From an uncultured Gammaproteobacteria bacterium (lineage in GTDB: Bacteria > Pseudomonadota > Gammaproteobacteria > Arenicellales > JAANXG01), in assembly GCA_947258495.1 (NCBI GenBank), contig CAMYIN010000172.1, positions 61-64,060 on the forward strand: 64,000 bases of DNA, given 5' to 3'. Positions 21,597 to 31,699 of the stretch are shown here, piece by piece (the stretch's first letter is position 1; each line of letters opens with the position of its first letter). A program made the translations under genes and the position numbers. The notes beneath the pieces are model-generated. The model did no database searches, was not told the origin of the DNA, and saw nothing but the letters and a program-made list of their open reading frames with translations.

Positions 21597-22256
21597 ATGT
21601 CATTGAAACAAACCGTCACCACGCCGCTGCTGAAAGAGAACCCGCTCACCCGTAATGTATTGGGGGTCTGCGCCGCGCTCGCGATTACCAACTCGCTGAC
21701 CTCATCGTTGATCATGAGCGTGGCCATGACCACGGTGCTCGTTATCTCGAACGCAACCGTCAGCCTCATCCGTCATCATCTTCCCAGCAGTGTGCGGCTC
21801 ATCGTGCAGATCACCATCATCGCCTCGGCGGTCACAGTGATCGATCAGTTTCTCACCGCCTATCTGCCCGCCGCTGCCAGCACGCTGAGCGTGTACATCA
21901 GCCTGATCGTGACGAATTGCATCGTGCTGGGGCGCGCGGAGACCTGCGCCATGAACACCGGCGTCGGTCGCAGCGTCCTCGATGCGCTCGGCAACGGTCT
22001 GGGTTACAGCGCCATACTGATCATCGTCTCCACCATTCGAGAGCTGTTCGGCAACGGATCGCTGATGGGCGTAAAGATCCTGGAGCTGGCGCGCGACGGC
22101 GGGTGGTTCCAACCCAACGAGATGCTGATGCTGGCGCCCAGCGCATTTTTTATTATCGGATTCATCGTGTGGGGCATACGAAGCTGGAAACCGGAACAAA
22201 GGGAGCAGCCCGAGTTCAAGCCGCTCGTCGCGCCGCGGGAGGTGGAAGGACAATGA
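21597..22256 (+). CDS. nqrD: Na+-NQR subunit D
   Basis: 219 aa polytopic protein. LKENP...LGVCAALA N-terminus is typical of NqrD/RnfE. Confidence 0.92.
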   Translation: MSLKQTVTTPLLKENPLTRNVLGVCAALAITNSLTSSLIMSVAMTTVLVISNATVSLIRHHLPSSVRLIVQITIIASAVTVIDQFLTAYLPAAASTLSVYISLIVTNCIVLGRAETCAMNTGVGRSVLDALGNGLGYSAILIIVSTIRELFGNGSLMGVKILELARDGGWFQPNEMLMLAPSAFFIIGFIVWGIRSWKPEQREQPEFKPLVAPREVEGQ

Positions 22257-22861
22257 ACGGCTTCATCGAGATCTTTTTCCGCTCGGTTTTCATCGAAAAT
22301 CTCGCGCTGGCTTACTTCCTCGGCATGTGCACGTTCCTCGCGGTATCGAAACAGATCAAGACCACGCTGGGTCTGGGTGTCGCGGTGATCGTAGTCGAGG
22401 GCATAAGCGTTCCACTCAACAATGTGATTTACAACCTGTTGCTCAGGCAGGGTGCGCTGGATTGGATGGGCCTGGGTCATCTCGATTTCAGTTTTCTCGG
22501 GCTGCTCAGCCAGATCGCAGTGATCGCGGCCATGATCCAGATCCTTGAAATGGTATTAAACAAGTTCGTGCCCGCGCTTTACAACACCCTGGGTATTTAC
22601 CTGCCGCTGCTCACCGTTAATTGCGCCATTCTGGGGGCGTCGCTGTTCATGGTGCAGCGCGACTACACCTTTGTCGAAAGCGTGGCTTACGGGCTGGGCG
22701 TAGGCGTCGGCTGGGCGCTCGCTATCGTCGCGCTCGCCGGCCTGCGCGAGAAAATGCGCTACAGCGATATCCCGGAAGGCCTGCAGGGTCTGGGGATTAC
22801 GTTCATCACCACCGGTCTGATTTCGCTGGCGTTCATCGGCCTCGCGGGCATTCAGCTCTAG
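22253..22861 (+). CDS. nqrE: Na+-NQR subunit E
   Basis: Internal ATG of ORF 21917..22861, overlapping the nqrD stop (ATGA). [33 protein letters not shown]. Confidence 0.92.
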   Translation: MNGFIEIFFRSVFIENLALAYFLGMCTFLAVSKQIKTTLGLGVAVIVVEGISVPLNNVIYNLLLRQGALDWMGLGHLDFSFLGLLSQIAVIAAMIQILEMVLNKFVPALYNTLGIYLPLLTVNCAILGASLFMVQRDYTFVESVAYGLGVGVGWALAIVALAGLREKMRYSDIPEGLQGLGITFITTGLISLAFIGLAGIQL

Positions 22862-22886
22862 GGGTGGCGTCGAGCGGATCTAGTCC

Positions 22887-24107
22887 ATGCTGGAAATCGT
22901 ACTCAGCGTAGCGCTGTTCACCGGAATCCTGCTGCTGCTGACGGTCCTCATCCTACAGGTCCGGGCGCGGCTGGTGCCGCAGGGCGACGTCCACATCGTC
23001 GCTAACGATGAGCGTGTACTCGTCGTCAAGACGGGCGAACGGCTGCTGGGTACGCTGGCGGAGGCGGGGATCTTCGTGCCCTCCGCCTGCGGCGGCGGAG
23101 GCACCTGCGGTCAGTGCAAGGTGAAAATATTGGAGGGCGGCGGGTCGTTGCTGCCTACGGAAGCGTCCTTGATCTCCAAGCGGGAGGCCGCGGAGGGCGA
23201 GCGTCTGGCGTGCCAGGTAATGGTGACCCAGAACATGCGCATCCACATCCCCGAGGACGTGTTCGGCGTGAAGAAATGGCAGTGCAATGTCCGCTCCAAC
23301 GACAACGTCGCGACCTTCATCAAGGAACTGGTGCTGCAACTCCCCGAGGGGGAGAAGCTCGAGTTCAAAGCCGGCGGCTACATCCAGATCGAGTGCCCTC
23401 CACACCGGTTGAGTTACGCGAGCTTCGACATCAAGCAGGAATACCGCGCGGAGTGGGAAAAGTACGGTCTGCTGAAACTGCGTTCCGAAGTAAAAGAATC
23501 GACAGTACGCGCCTACTCCATGGCCAATTATCCTGAGGAAAACAACATCGTCATGCTCAACGTGCGCATCGCCACGCCGCCGCCCGGCGCCCCCAAAGCG
23601 CCGCCGGGCATCATGTCGTCCTACATATTCAATCTGAAACCTGGAGATACGGTAACCGTCTCCGGACCCTATGGTGAGTTCTTTGCCAAAGACACCGGCG
23701 CAGAGATGGTGTTCATCGGCGGCGGAGCGGGCATGGCGCCGATGCGCTCGCACATATTCGATCAGTTGAAGCGCTTGAAGAGCAAGCGAAAAATAACGTT
23801 CTGGTACGGCGCTCGGAGTTTACGGGAAGCCTTTTACGTGGACGACTTCAACGAACTCGCCGAGACCCACCCCAATTTCAGCTGGCATCTCGCTCTCTCC
23901 GACCCCCAGCCGGAGGACAACTGGCAGGGGTTGACCGGATTCATCCACGAGGTATTGTACAAAGAGTACCTCGAGCAGCACCCGGCCCCTGAGGATTGTG
24001 AATACTACCTGTGCGGCCCCCCGATGATGAACGCCGCGGTGCTGAAACTGCTGGACGATCTCGGGGTGGAGGAAGAAAACATCTTGCTCGACGATTTCGG
24101 GAACTGA
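22887..24107 (+). CDS. nqrF: Na+-NQR subunit F (2Fe-2S ferredoxin / FAD / NADH domain)
   Basis: 406 aa. N-terminal [12 protein letters not shown] cluster motif, [12 protein letters not shown] motif. Confidence 0.95.
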   Translation: MLEIVLSVALFTGILLLLTVLILQVRARLVPQGDVHIVANDERVLVVKTGERLLGTLAEAGIFVPSACGGGGTCGQCKVKILEGGGSLLPTEASLISKREAAEGERLACQVMVTQNMRIHIPEDVFGVKKWQCNVRSNDNVATFIKELVLQLPEGEKLEFKAGGYIQIECPPHRLSYASFDIKQEYRAEWEKYGLLKLRSEVKESTVRAYSMANYPEENNIVMLNVRIATPPPGAPKAPPGIMSSYIFNLKPGDTVTVSGPYGEFFAKDTGAEMVFIGGGAGMAPMRSHIFDQLKRLKSKRKITFWYGARSLREAFYVDDFNELAETHPNFSWHLALSDPQPEDNWQGLTGFIHEVLYKEYLEQHPAPEDCEYYLCGPPMMNAAVLKLLDDLGVEEENILLDDFGN

Positions 24108-24111
24108 CCGC

Positions 24112-24306
24112 GTGGCGACATTCATTGGTAGCCTGATCATCGTGACGCTCTGCTGCCTGGCCATGGGCCTGGGCCTGCTGCTGAAGGGAAAGCCGCTGTG
24201 CGGGGGCTGCGGCGAGAAATCAGCCGACAAGCTGCGATGCATCAGTTGCCCGAATCGGCGCAAGGGTGTGCGTCACGACGAGGCGACCGACGAGGAACCC
24301 CGATGA
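24112..24306 (+). CDS. NqrM-like (DUF539-like) small membrane protein, extra copy
   Basis: 64 aa, GTG start 4 nt after the nqrF stop. One TM, then a Cys-rich tail KPLCGGCGEKSADKLRCISCP. Confidence 0.55.
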   Translation: MATFIGSLIIVTLCCLAMGLGLLLKGKPLCGGCGEKSADKLRCISCPNRRKGVRHDEATDEEPR

Positions 24307-24707
24307 AAAAGCGCTCCATGCTCGTGCGGGACTACATGGCGGACAAACTGATTACGCTAGATTTCGAGATGGATATTCTGCAGGCGGCCCACACCCTGAT
24401 CAAAAATCAGATATCCGGCGCCCCGGTGATCGACAACACCGGCAGGCTCATCGGTATCCTCACGGAGCGGGATCTCATGGAGTTGGCGGTCCAGGCCTAC
24501 TACCACGGCACACTCGGCGGCGTCGTGAAGGACCACATGGCGGTTGATCCACAGACCGTCGGACCGGACGACAGCCTTTTGGACGTCGCGCAGTCGTTCA
24601 TCAAAGGTCGTTTTCACCGTTTCCCCGTGGTCGACAACGGTCGCCTGGTCGGCATCATCAGCCGCGGCGACGTCATGCGCGCGCTGGGCGAATACTATCC
24701 GTTGTGA
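24303..24707 (+). CDS. stand-alone CBS-pair domain protein (copy 1)
   Basis: 134 aa, ATG overlaps the upstream stop (ATGA). Two CBS repeats (ISGAPVIDNTGRLIGILTERDL; FHRFPVVDNGRLVGIISRGDV). Confidence 0.8.
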   Translation: MKKRSMLVRDYMADKLITLDFEMDILQAAHTLIKNQISGAPVIDNTGRLIGILTERDLMELAVQAYYHGTLGGVVKDHMAVDPQTVGPDDSLLDVAQSFIKGRFHRFPVVDNGRLVGIISRGDVMRALGEYYPL

Positions 24708-24770
24708 GTCGAGGCGGGGCCCACGAGCGCATGTCCGCCTGGTTCGAACAGGATTTCGCACAACAGATCA

Positions 24771-25916
24771 ATGTCGCCGGATACGCCGTGGAGGCGGTGG
24801 GCGTCGACGATTTCGGAGGCTAGCGGCGTGTTCGATCGGTCCCTGGTCGCAGCCGCACGGCACCGTATTGTCGGCGTCGTCGGCGCCGCACTTACGGTGG
24901 GAGCATTGTCGGCCTGCGGCGGCGACCAGGGCGCCAAAATGCTGCAGGTCTCCGGGTCCACCATGGGCACCACGTACCGCGTCAAGATCGTAGACAAACC
25001 CGCCGCCATGGGGGCGGATACGCTGGAATCCGCGGTCGCCGACATCCTGGAGCAGGTGAACGGCCGCATGTCCACCTACCGATCCGATTCCGAACTCAGC
25101 CGCTTGAACCACAATCCGAGCACCGACTGGATTGACGTTTCCAAGCAACTGCTCGACGTCGTCGAGGCCGGGGCACGGGTGAGCAGGTTGAGCGCGGGCG
25201 CGTTCGACGTCACCGTGGGGCCGCTGGTAGCTCTCTGGGGGTTCGGATCGCAGCAGGAAACCCACGACCCGCCCGCCCACCGCGACATCGCCAAGGTCCT
25301 GTCGAGGATCGGGTACCGCAAGATTTCCCTCCGCCGTACTCCGCCGGGCATCCGCAAGGCGCGTAAAGACGTATACGTCGATCTGTCGGCCATCGCCAAA
25401 GGCTACGCGGTCGATCGCATCGCCGCTCATCTCGAGGCCCAGGGCGCGGACAACTACCTCGTCGAGATCGGGGGCGATCTCAGAGTCAAAGGTCGCAACC
25501 GTGAAGGCAGGCCCTGGCTGATCGCGATCGAAAAACCCACGGACTCCGGCCGCGTCATACAGCGCGCGATTCGCACTACCGGTCATGCGATAGCAACCTC
25601 CGGCGATTACCGTAACTTCTTCGAAAAAGACGGAAAACGCTATTCCCACACCATCGATCCCGCTTCCGGTATGCCGGTGAGCCACCGCCTTGCGTCGGTT
25701 ACCGTGCTGAGTCCCGAGGCGATGTCCGCGGACGCCCTGGCAACCGCGTTGATGGTTCTGGGGCCGGAGGACGGCTACAGCCTGGCCCAGAGACTCGGAA
25801 TTACGGCGCATTTCATTACCCGCGACGAACAGGGGTTCTCCGAGAAAAGCACTTCCGAATTCGCACGGCTGTTTGCACTTGACGTGGCGACCGCAGATGG
25901 CGATCTTCGTAATTAG
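24771..25916 (+). CDS. apbE: FAD:protein FMN transferase ApbE (lipoprotein)
   Basis: 381 aa. Lipobox LSAC; MGTTYRVKI, DLSAIAKGYAVD and TSGDYRNFFEKDGKRYSHTIDP motifs. The exact start is uncertain. Confidence 0.9.
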   Translation: MSPDTPWRRWASTISEASGVFDRSLVAAARHRIVGVVGAALTVGALSACGGDQGAKMLQVSGSTMGTTYRVKIVDKPAAMGADTLESAVADILEQVNGRMSTYRSDSELSRLNHNPSTDWIDVSKQLLDVVEAGARVSRLSAGAFDVTVGPLVALWGFGSQQETHDPPAHRDIAKVLSRIGYRKISLRRTPPGIRKARKDVYVDLSAIAKGYAVDRIAAHLEAQGADNYLVEIGGDLRVKGRNREGRPWLIAIEKPTDSGRVIQRAIRTTGHAIATSGDYRNFFEKDGKRYSHTIDPASGMPVSHRLASVTVLSPEAMSADALATALMVLGPEDGYSLAQRLGITAHFITRDEQGFSEKSTSEFARLFALDVATADGDLRN

Positions 25917-26136
25917 CTTTCTCGTGCTGGTATTGGCGACGGCAGGCATGGCAATCGGCGCCCTGCTGGGACGACCGGCAATCCGCGGCAGCTGCGTCGG
26001 CGTGGACTGCGACAGTGAGTTGGGGCTGGACGGAGGCGGTTGTTGTCGTCGCGGTCCGCACGCGGAGCCGGGAACGGGCGCAACCGCGTGCAAGAAACGG
26101 GCAACCGGGGGAGAAGACGATGGAAAAAGGCATTAA
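25897..26136 (+). CDS. nqrM: (Na+)-NQR maturation protein NqrM (DUF539), canonical position after apbE
   Basis: 79 aa from the internal ATG. MAIFVISFLVLVLATAGMAIGALLGRPAIRGSCVGVDCD...GGGCC: one TM plus a Cys-rich tail. Overlaps the apbE end by 20 nt. Confidence 0.6.
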   Translation: MAIFVISFLVLVLATAGMAIGALLGRPAIRGSCVGVDCDSELGLDGGGCCRRGPHAEPGTGATACKKRATGGEDDGKRH

Positions 26137-26515
26137 CTTCAAAGACTATATGGCGCGCGATCTGGTTACTTTCACCGCAGACATGGAGATACTGCAGGCC
26201 ATACACACGCTCGTCGAACGCCGCATATCCGGGGCCCCGGTGATCGACGATCACGGTGAACTGATCGGCATGCTTTCCGAACAGGACTGCAGGGAAGTCG
26301 CGCTGAACGCCGCGTATCACGGTGAGTGGGGTGGAAAGGTGTCCGAACATATGAATCCGGAGGTAAGCACCATCGACGCCGACGCGAGCATCGCCGACGT
26401 GGCCGCGATGTTCCTCAATGCACCCTGCCGGCGCTACCCGGTGGTCGATGGCAACCGTCTCGTGGGCCAGATCCGCCGGCGCGACGTGCTGCGCGCGCTG
26501 GCGGTACCGCGGTGA
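26120..26515 (+). CDS. stand-alone CBS-pair domain protein (copy 2)
   Basis: 131 aa. Roughly 50 percent identical by eye to copy 1 (ISGAPVIDDHGELIGMLSEQD; RRYPVVDGNRLVGQIRRRDV). Confidence 0.8.
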   Translation: MEKGINFKDYMARDLVTFTADMEILQAIHTLVERRISGAPVIDDHGELIGMLSEQDCREVALNAAYHGEWGGKVSEHMNPEVSTIDADASIADVAAMFLNAPCRRYPVVDGNRLVGQIRRRDVLRALAVPR

Positions 26516-26529
26516 CGCCGCGCTCCGGG

Positions 26530-27153
26530 TCAGTCAAGGGCCTTCCTACGCTTGACGAGAATCGAGCGCGCTAGATCGTCGCGCTCCATTTCGTCCATGA
26601 CGTCCTCCATGCGACGGATGTCGGCATCGATCTCGGGCAAGAGAACGTGTTCCAGGGCGTTCACGCGCCGCTGCGTGCGGCGAAATACGCCCACGAGTCT
26701 GCGTAGATTGTTTTCCGCCGCCGCGAGCGTCGTCAGATGGCGGAGGAACGCCTGCAGGCTTGCCGTCGCGAGTTCCAGCTCTACTGAAATCTGCCATCCG
26801 CCCTGCGGGCGGCGGTCCGTGAAGGACGTGGTTGGATTCACCGCTTCCAGCCAGGGCGTACCGAGGCGACTCTCCACGGACCAATACGGACCGGGATCGC
26901 CCACCGGCGCTCGCGCGAACGCAGCGACGCCCGCTGCGCCGTGGCGCAGTATAGCGCCGCGGACGTGCGCGCGCGCACGCTCCGACAAACGTTGCCCCTC
27001 CTCGACCAGCGATCCGACGATGCCTATCTGCTGCATCAACAGGTGCGCCAGCAGGTCCCGTCGTTCCTCGAGGATCAACATTCCGTCTCGCATCAGCCCC
27101 CGCTGGATCCGAAGCTCGATCAGGGCGGTCTTGGAGGATGACTCATGCGCCAT
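26530..27153 (-). CDS. ntpD: V/A-type ATPase subunit D
   Basis: 207 aa coiled-coil. ...TALIELRIQRGLMRDGMLILEERRDLL, the last gene of the operon after subunit B. Confidence 0.8.
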   Translation of the reverse strand: MAHESSSKTALIELRIQRGLMRDGMLILEERRDLLAHLLMQQIGIVGSLVEEGQRLSERARAHVRGAILRHGAAGVAAFARAPVGDPGPYWSVESRLGTPWLEAVNPTTSFTDRRPQGGWQISVELELATASLQAFLRHLTTLAAAENNLRRLVGVFRRTQRRVNALEHVLLPEIDADIRRMEDVMDEMERDDLARSILVKRRKALD

Positions 27154-28543
27154 GTCGAAGCGGCCCGAGATGATTTTCTATCTGCCGGTCGGAAAGCCGC
27201 ACCAGCGTCTCGTCCGGCAGCTCGGCAAGCAACCCCCAGCCGATGCGGAACGTCTCTTCGAGGGAGCGCCGCTGATCGTCCTGGCGCACGAACTCGCTGT
27301 CCATTTTGTCGCCGAACCGGAGCACCTGCCGGTCCACGGGAGTAAGGCCCTCTTCGCCGACGACGCTGGACAGCAGTCGCAGGTGCTGGGCATGGGCGTA
27401 GGACGAATACAGCTGTTGCGCGAACGCGTGGTGGTCGGCGTGGGTCATCCCCTCGCCGATACCTTGATTCATCAGCCGAGACAGACAGGGCAACAGTTTT
27501 ATGGGCGGAAATATTCCCCTTCGATCCAGCTCGCGATCGAGGACGATCTGTCCCTCGGTGATGTAACCCGACAGGTCCGGCACCGGATGGGCGATATCGT
27601 CGTTGGGCATGCTCAAGATCGGCATCTGGGTGATCGATCCGGGACGACCGAGAATGCGTCCGGCGCGCTCGTAGATGCTCGCCAGGTCCGAGTACATGTA
27701 TCCCGGGTAGCCCTTGCGGCTGGGGACCTCTCCATGGCTCGAAGATACCTCGCGCAGGGCTTCGCAATAGTTCGTCATGTCCGTGAGGATGACAAGGACG
27801 TGCCGGCCCTCTTCGTAGGCCATGTATTCCGCCGCGGTGAGCGCAATCCGGGGGGTCAGCAGGCGTTCCGGGGTCGGGTCGCTGGCAAGATTCAAAAACA
27901 GGGCAATGCGCTGCATGGCCCCGTACTCGTCCATTTCACGACGGAAATCTTCGGCGCTGTCGAAGGTCACGCCGATGGCCGCGAACACCACAGCGAACTC
28001 TTCCGCGGCGTCGCCGCGCAGACGCGCGAAGCGTGCGATATCGGCGGCCAGACGATCGTGACGCAGCCCGCTGCCGGAAAAGATCGGCAGTTTTTGTCCG
28101 CGCACCAGCGCGTTCATGGCGTCGATGGCGGATATCCCGGTCTCGATGAACTCCCGGGGAACGTCACGACGTACGGGATTTATGGCGAGACCGTCTATGC
28201 GTAAACGCCGCCTGGCGACGATCCTCGGCCCCCCGTCCATAGGAACGCCGACGCCGTTGTAGATCCGGCCCAGCATCGATGGGCCGACGTCCAGCAGTAT
28301 GGGTTCTTCCAGGAACCGCACGCGCGTTTCTCCCAGCGACAGATCGTGGGTGCCCTGGAACACCTCCACCACCACGCCGTGCGCAGAAATCGCGACCACC
28401 CGACCCATGCGCGCTTCGCCCGCCTGCGTCACCACCTCGACACGGTCGTACAATCCGACGGCGCGGGAGTTGCGCAGGAAAATCAGCGGTCCCTGGATGC
28501 TGGTCAAACCCGTATGCAAGAGATGTCGCTCGGGATCGATCAT
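27143..28543 (-). CDS. ntpB: V/A-type ATPase subunit B
   Basis: 466 aa. ...SMPNDDIAHPVPDLSGYITEGQIVLDRELDRRGIFPPI is typical of the non-catalytic B subunit. Confidence 0.93.
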   Translation of the reverse strand: MIDPERHLLHTGLTSIQGPLIFLRNSRAVGLYDRVEVVTQAGEARMGRVVAISAHGVVVEVFQGTHDLSLGETRVRFLEEPILLDVGPSMLGRIYNGVGVPMDGGPRIVARRRLRIDGLAINPVRRDVPREFIETGISAIDAMNALVRGQKLPIFSGSGLRHDRLAADIARFARLRGDAAEEFAVVFAAIGVTFDSAEDFRREMDEYGAMQRIALFLNLASDPTPERLLTPRIALTAAEYMAYEEGRHVLVILTDMTNYCEALREVSSSHGEVPSRKGYPGYMYSDLASIYERAGRILGRPGSITQMPILSMPNDDIAHPVPDLSGYITEGQIVLDRELDRRGIFPPIKLLPCLSRLMNQGIGEGMTHADHHAFAQQLYSSYAHAQHLRLLSSVVGEEGLTPVDRQVLRFGDKMDSEFVRQDDQRRSLEETFRIGWGLLAELPDETLVRLSDRQIENHLGPLRHGA

Positions 28544-30333
28544 GCCCGCACCTCGCGTGTCACCCCGGACGCGCTCGCCGATCCGGGGACCAGCGCGTCG
28601 AAGGCGTCCTCCAGCTCGTGCCGCAAGGTCTCAAAGTCGTCGACGGCGTCATTGGAGATTTCTTCACCCATGCGTTGCAATCTACGCACTACGGGCAGTG
28701 CGAGCAGCGATTCGGGTTCCAGGCCCTGGCCCACGAGCGTCTGCGCACGTTGCACGAAAAAATCGACAAGCTCCAGCATTGCCGCTTGTTTTTGCGGCGA
28801 ACAATACCTGTCCGTATCGGAAAACGCGGATTGCCGCAATAACCCTTCGACCGCGATGTCGGCACAGATCAGCGTCGTGCGTTGCCCAGCCTGCAGTGCG
28901 TCACGACCGACGATTTTGGCCATCTTTTCCAGCCTCGCCTGTTCCTGGAGCAGCGTCAGCAGGCGTTCGCGGCGCTCCGCCCAAAGGACACCGCCGTACT
29001 GCTGCCACCAGCGCGCGGTGCTCGGGAGGTACTCGGAATAGCTCTGCAGCGGGTGGATCGCCGGATAGAAGCGGGCCTGGGCCCGGTCCCGGTCCAAGGC
29101 GTGGAAGCTCTTGACATAGCGGCGCGCGTGACCGGTGACGGGCTCGGAGAAATCGCCCCCCGGAGGCGAGACCGTGCCGACGACGGTGAGAGAGGATTGT
29201 TCGCCGCCGTGGGTCGTCACCCTACCGGCGCGCTCGAAGAACTCCGCCAGACGGCTCGGCAGGTACGCCGGATACCCCTCTTCCGCCGGCAGTTCCTCCA
29301 GCCGCCCGGAGATCTCGCGCAGGGCCTCGGCCCAGCGGGAGATGGAGTCCGCGAACAACGCCACGTGCAGTCCCTGGTCGCGGAAGTATTCGCCGATCGT
29401 GATTCCGGTGTAGATACAGGCCTCACGCGCGGCGACCGGCATGTTGGAGGTGTTGGCGATCAGCACCATGCGTTCGATCAGGGGGCGCCCGCTACGCGGG
29501 TCTTCCAGTTGCGGGAACTCCTCCAGCACACCCGCCATTTCGTTGCCGCGCTCCCCGCAACCGATGTACACGATCACGTCGGCGTCGCACCATTTCGCCA
29601 GGGTCTGCTGGAGCACGGTCTTGCCGGTACCGAAACCGCCCGGCATCGCGCTCGCCCCGCCTTTGGCGATCGGAAACAGCGTGTCGATGATGCGTTGCCC
29701 GGTCATGAGCGGGCGTTCCGGCTGCAGCCGTTTACGAAACGGCCTGGGCACCCGTATCGGCCAGCGGCAGTACATGCCGATGTCGGCGATCCCCTGCTGG
29801 GTGCGCAGCTTCGCCAGCGGCGCGTCAAGCCGATACACGCCCTCGGGGGCCAGCCACTCCAGCGTCCCGGCGAGGTTCGCCGGCACCGTTATGCGATGAT
29901 AACGGTCCGGACCCTCGCTGACGGTACCGAGGCTCTCGCCACCCCTTACTCCATCCCCCGGCGACAGGGCTGGTCGAAACGGCCATTCGCGATCGCGGTC
30001 CAGTCTGGGAACGTCGGCGCTGGCGGCGATGAAATCGCCGCACCCCTTGGCGACCGCCGGTAACGGTCTTTGGATGCCGTCAAAAATATTGCCGAGCATC
30101 CCGGGACCGAGTTCCACGGTGAGCGGTGCTCCGCTGCCTTCGACGATCGACCCGGGACGCAGCCCGGTGGTGTCCTCGAAAACCTGAACTGTGATGCAGT
30201 CGGTATCGAGACGGATGACCTCCGCCGTGAGCCGATCCGGGCCAACGTAGACGGCCTCCTTGATTCTGAAATCGCCTTCCGGTCGGGCCTTGATCACCGG
30301 ACCGCTCAGCCAGAACACCTCGGCGCGGCTCAT
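28540..30333 (-). CDS. ntpA: V/A-type ATPase catalytic subunit A
   Basis: ORF trimmed to the ATG at 30333 (MSRAEVFWLSGPVIKARPEG...), overlapping the upstream stop (ATGA). P-loop GGFGTGKT. 597 aa, no intein-sized insertion. Confidence 0.93.
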   Translation of the reverse strand: MSRAEVFWLSGPVIKARPEGDFRIKEAVYVGPDRLTAEVIRLDTDCITVQVFEDTTGLRPGSIVEGSGAPLTVELGPGMLGNIFDGIQRPLPAVAKGCGDFIAASADVPRLDRDREWPFRPALSPGDGVRGGESLGTVSEGPDRYHRITVPANLAGTLEWLAPEGVYRLDAPLAKLRTQQGIADIGMYCRWPIRVPRPFRKRLQPERPLMTGQRIIDTLFPIAKGGASAMPGGFGTGKTVLQQTLAKWCDADVIVYIGCGERGNEMAGVLEEFPQLEDPRSGRPLIERMVLIANTSNMPVAAREACIYTGITIGEYFRDQGLHVALFADSISRWAEALREISGRLEELPAEEGYPAYLPSRLAEFFERAGRVTTHGGEQSSLTVVGTVSPPGGDFSEPVTGHARRYVKSFHALDRDRAQARFYPAIHPLQSYSEYLPSTARWWQQYGGVLWAERRERLLTLLQEQARLEKMAKIVGRDALQAGQRTTLICADIAVEGLLRQSAFSDTDRYCSPQKQAAMLELVDFFVQRAQTLVGQGLEPESLLALPVVRRLQRMGEEISNDAVDDFETLRHELEDAFDALVPGSASASGVTREVRA

Positions 30334-30974
30334 CGGCGCTGCTCGCGGCGGTGGGCGTAAATCAACTGCGCCACGCGCTCCAATGCGCGTTCCCGGATGA
30401 GCGGGTATTGCGACCGCAGGCTGCCGTCGAGCAGATGATCCGGCCAGCGAACAACGACGCCCGGCTCGTCGCCGCTGTCTACCAGCACCTCGCATTGTGC
30501 GGGGTAATCCTGCATCACGGCCTTGACCTTGTCGCAGACGTCCGCAGATCCGCCTTTACCGAGCCTGATCTGCAGGGGCGCGGCTACCGATGCGCGTCGC
30601 GCGGCGGTGATCCAATATCGGCACCACCTCCATTGTCCATCGCCATCGTTCCACGCCTCGATCATGCGCAGCCAGATCGCTTCCGCCAGCCGCTGCTGGG
30701 TTTCCGTCATCAAGCGCCAACGCCGCCGGCGCAACCGCGCCTTGACCACCGCCGAATAACGCTCGTTCATCTGCTGCTGACTCTGGCGCGACTGCGCTGA
30801 GGCCTTGCGGTGAATGTTGCGGCATTCGGCAAATGCCCCGGCGCGTATTTCGGCGATACGGGCGGCTTTGCCGGCCTCGATCTCCTGTAACGTGCGGTCG
30901 CGGTCGCGGGCGATCTTCTCCAGAAAGCTCGCGACCTGCTGCGGATCGAATTCGAGACCTGTGCGGTTTTGCAT
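30330..30974 (-). CDS. ntpE: V/A-type ATPase subunit E-like stalk protein
   Basis: 214 aa. N-terminal charged coiled-coil, globular C-terminus, and a position between F and A. Assigned by position and composition only. Confidence 0.55.
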   Translation of the reverse strand: MQNRTGLEFDPQQVASFLEKIARDRDRTLQEIEAGKAARIAEIRAGAFAECRNIHRKASAQSRQSQQQMNERYSAVVKARLRRRRWRLMTETQQRLAEAIWLRMIEAWNDGDGQWRWCRYWITAARRASVAAPLQIRLGKGGSADVCDKVKAVMQDYPAQCEVLVDSGDEPGVVVRWPDHLLDGSLRSQYPLIRERALERVAQLIYAHRREQRR

Positions 30975-30995
30975 GTGCGTTCGAACTCCGCTCCG

Positions 30996-31301
30996 TCAGC
31001 GTACTCCCAACACACGACGCGCGGCGTCAACGCCGTCGGCGTGCAGGCCGTCGTCGGTGTCAATGCTGGGGACAACGAGTATCGGCGGTATCGGATGCCG
31101 CACCAGCAGTTTTTCCAAAAGGTGGGGCACAACCTGCGCATGGGCCTGATTGAGAAGGATCAGGTCGGAGCGGTCGCGTGCGTCCTCGATCGCATTCCAC
31201 ACCGCATCCGCGTCGACGGCCAGCGGTTGAGCCGTCGCTCCCACCAGACGGAGCCCCTCCGAGGTCAACGCGTCGCCGATGTAACAGATCCGCAAAGGCA
31301 C
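30996..31301 (-). CDS. ntpF: V/A-type ATPase subunit F
   Basis: 101 aa. ICYIGDALTSEGLRLVGA...DLILLNQAHAQ is the typical F-subunit pattern. Confidence 0.7.
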   Translation of the reverse strand: MPLRICYIGDALTSEGLRLVGATAQPLAVDADAVWNAIEDARDRSDLILLNQAHAQVVPHLLEKLLVRHPIPPILVVPSIDTDDGLHADGVDAARRVLGVR

Positions 31302-31305
31302 GGTC

Positions 31306-31662
31306 TCAACCCAAGCGATTCAAGATCATGACCGCGATGATCAAGCCGTATATGGCGATACCTTCGGCGAGACCGACCAGCACCAAGGTCCTTCCGAACA
31401 GCTCGGGTTTTTCGGCAATCGCCCCCACCGCGGCCGCGCCCACTCCCGCCACCGCAATGCCGGCCGCAATCGCCGAAAGTCCCGCGGCCGAAGCGGCGGC
31501 CGCGAACCCCCATCGCACTACCGACGGATCCACCGCGGCGTCGAAGGCTTCCGCGGCAAGGACCGACGAGGGGAGCAGGAAGACTGTAACGTACAGCGCG
31601 GTCGCGATGAGCGCGATCGTCGCCGTGATCCCGAGCATGAGCTTTGTTATCGGTTGCTGCAT
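31306..31662 (-). CDS. ntpK: V/A-type ATPase proteolipid subunit K (c)
   Basis: 118 aa. Gly/Ala-rich hairpin AGIAVAGVGAAAVGAIAEKPELFGRTLVLVGLAEGIAIYGLIIAV with the carboxylate Glu in the last helix. Confidence 0.85.
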   Translation of the reverse strand: MQQPITKLMLGITATIALIATALYVTVFLLPSSVLAAEAFDAAVDPSVVRWGFAAAASAAGLSAIAAGIAVAGVGAAAVGAIAEKPELFGRTLVLVGLAEGIAIYGLIIAVMILNRLG

Positions 31663-31699
31663 GAGGCTACTCCGTGGTTGTTGGTCATCGCTCTAACGG

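Noticed and set aside
30334-30495. The N-terminal 54-aa Arg/Ala-rich extension of V-ATPase subunit A.
   Set aside because: It is low-complexity, overlaps the subunit E-like gene, and the internal ATG at 30333 gives the conserved A-subunit N-terminus with an ATGA coupling.
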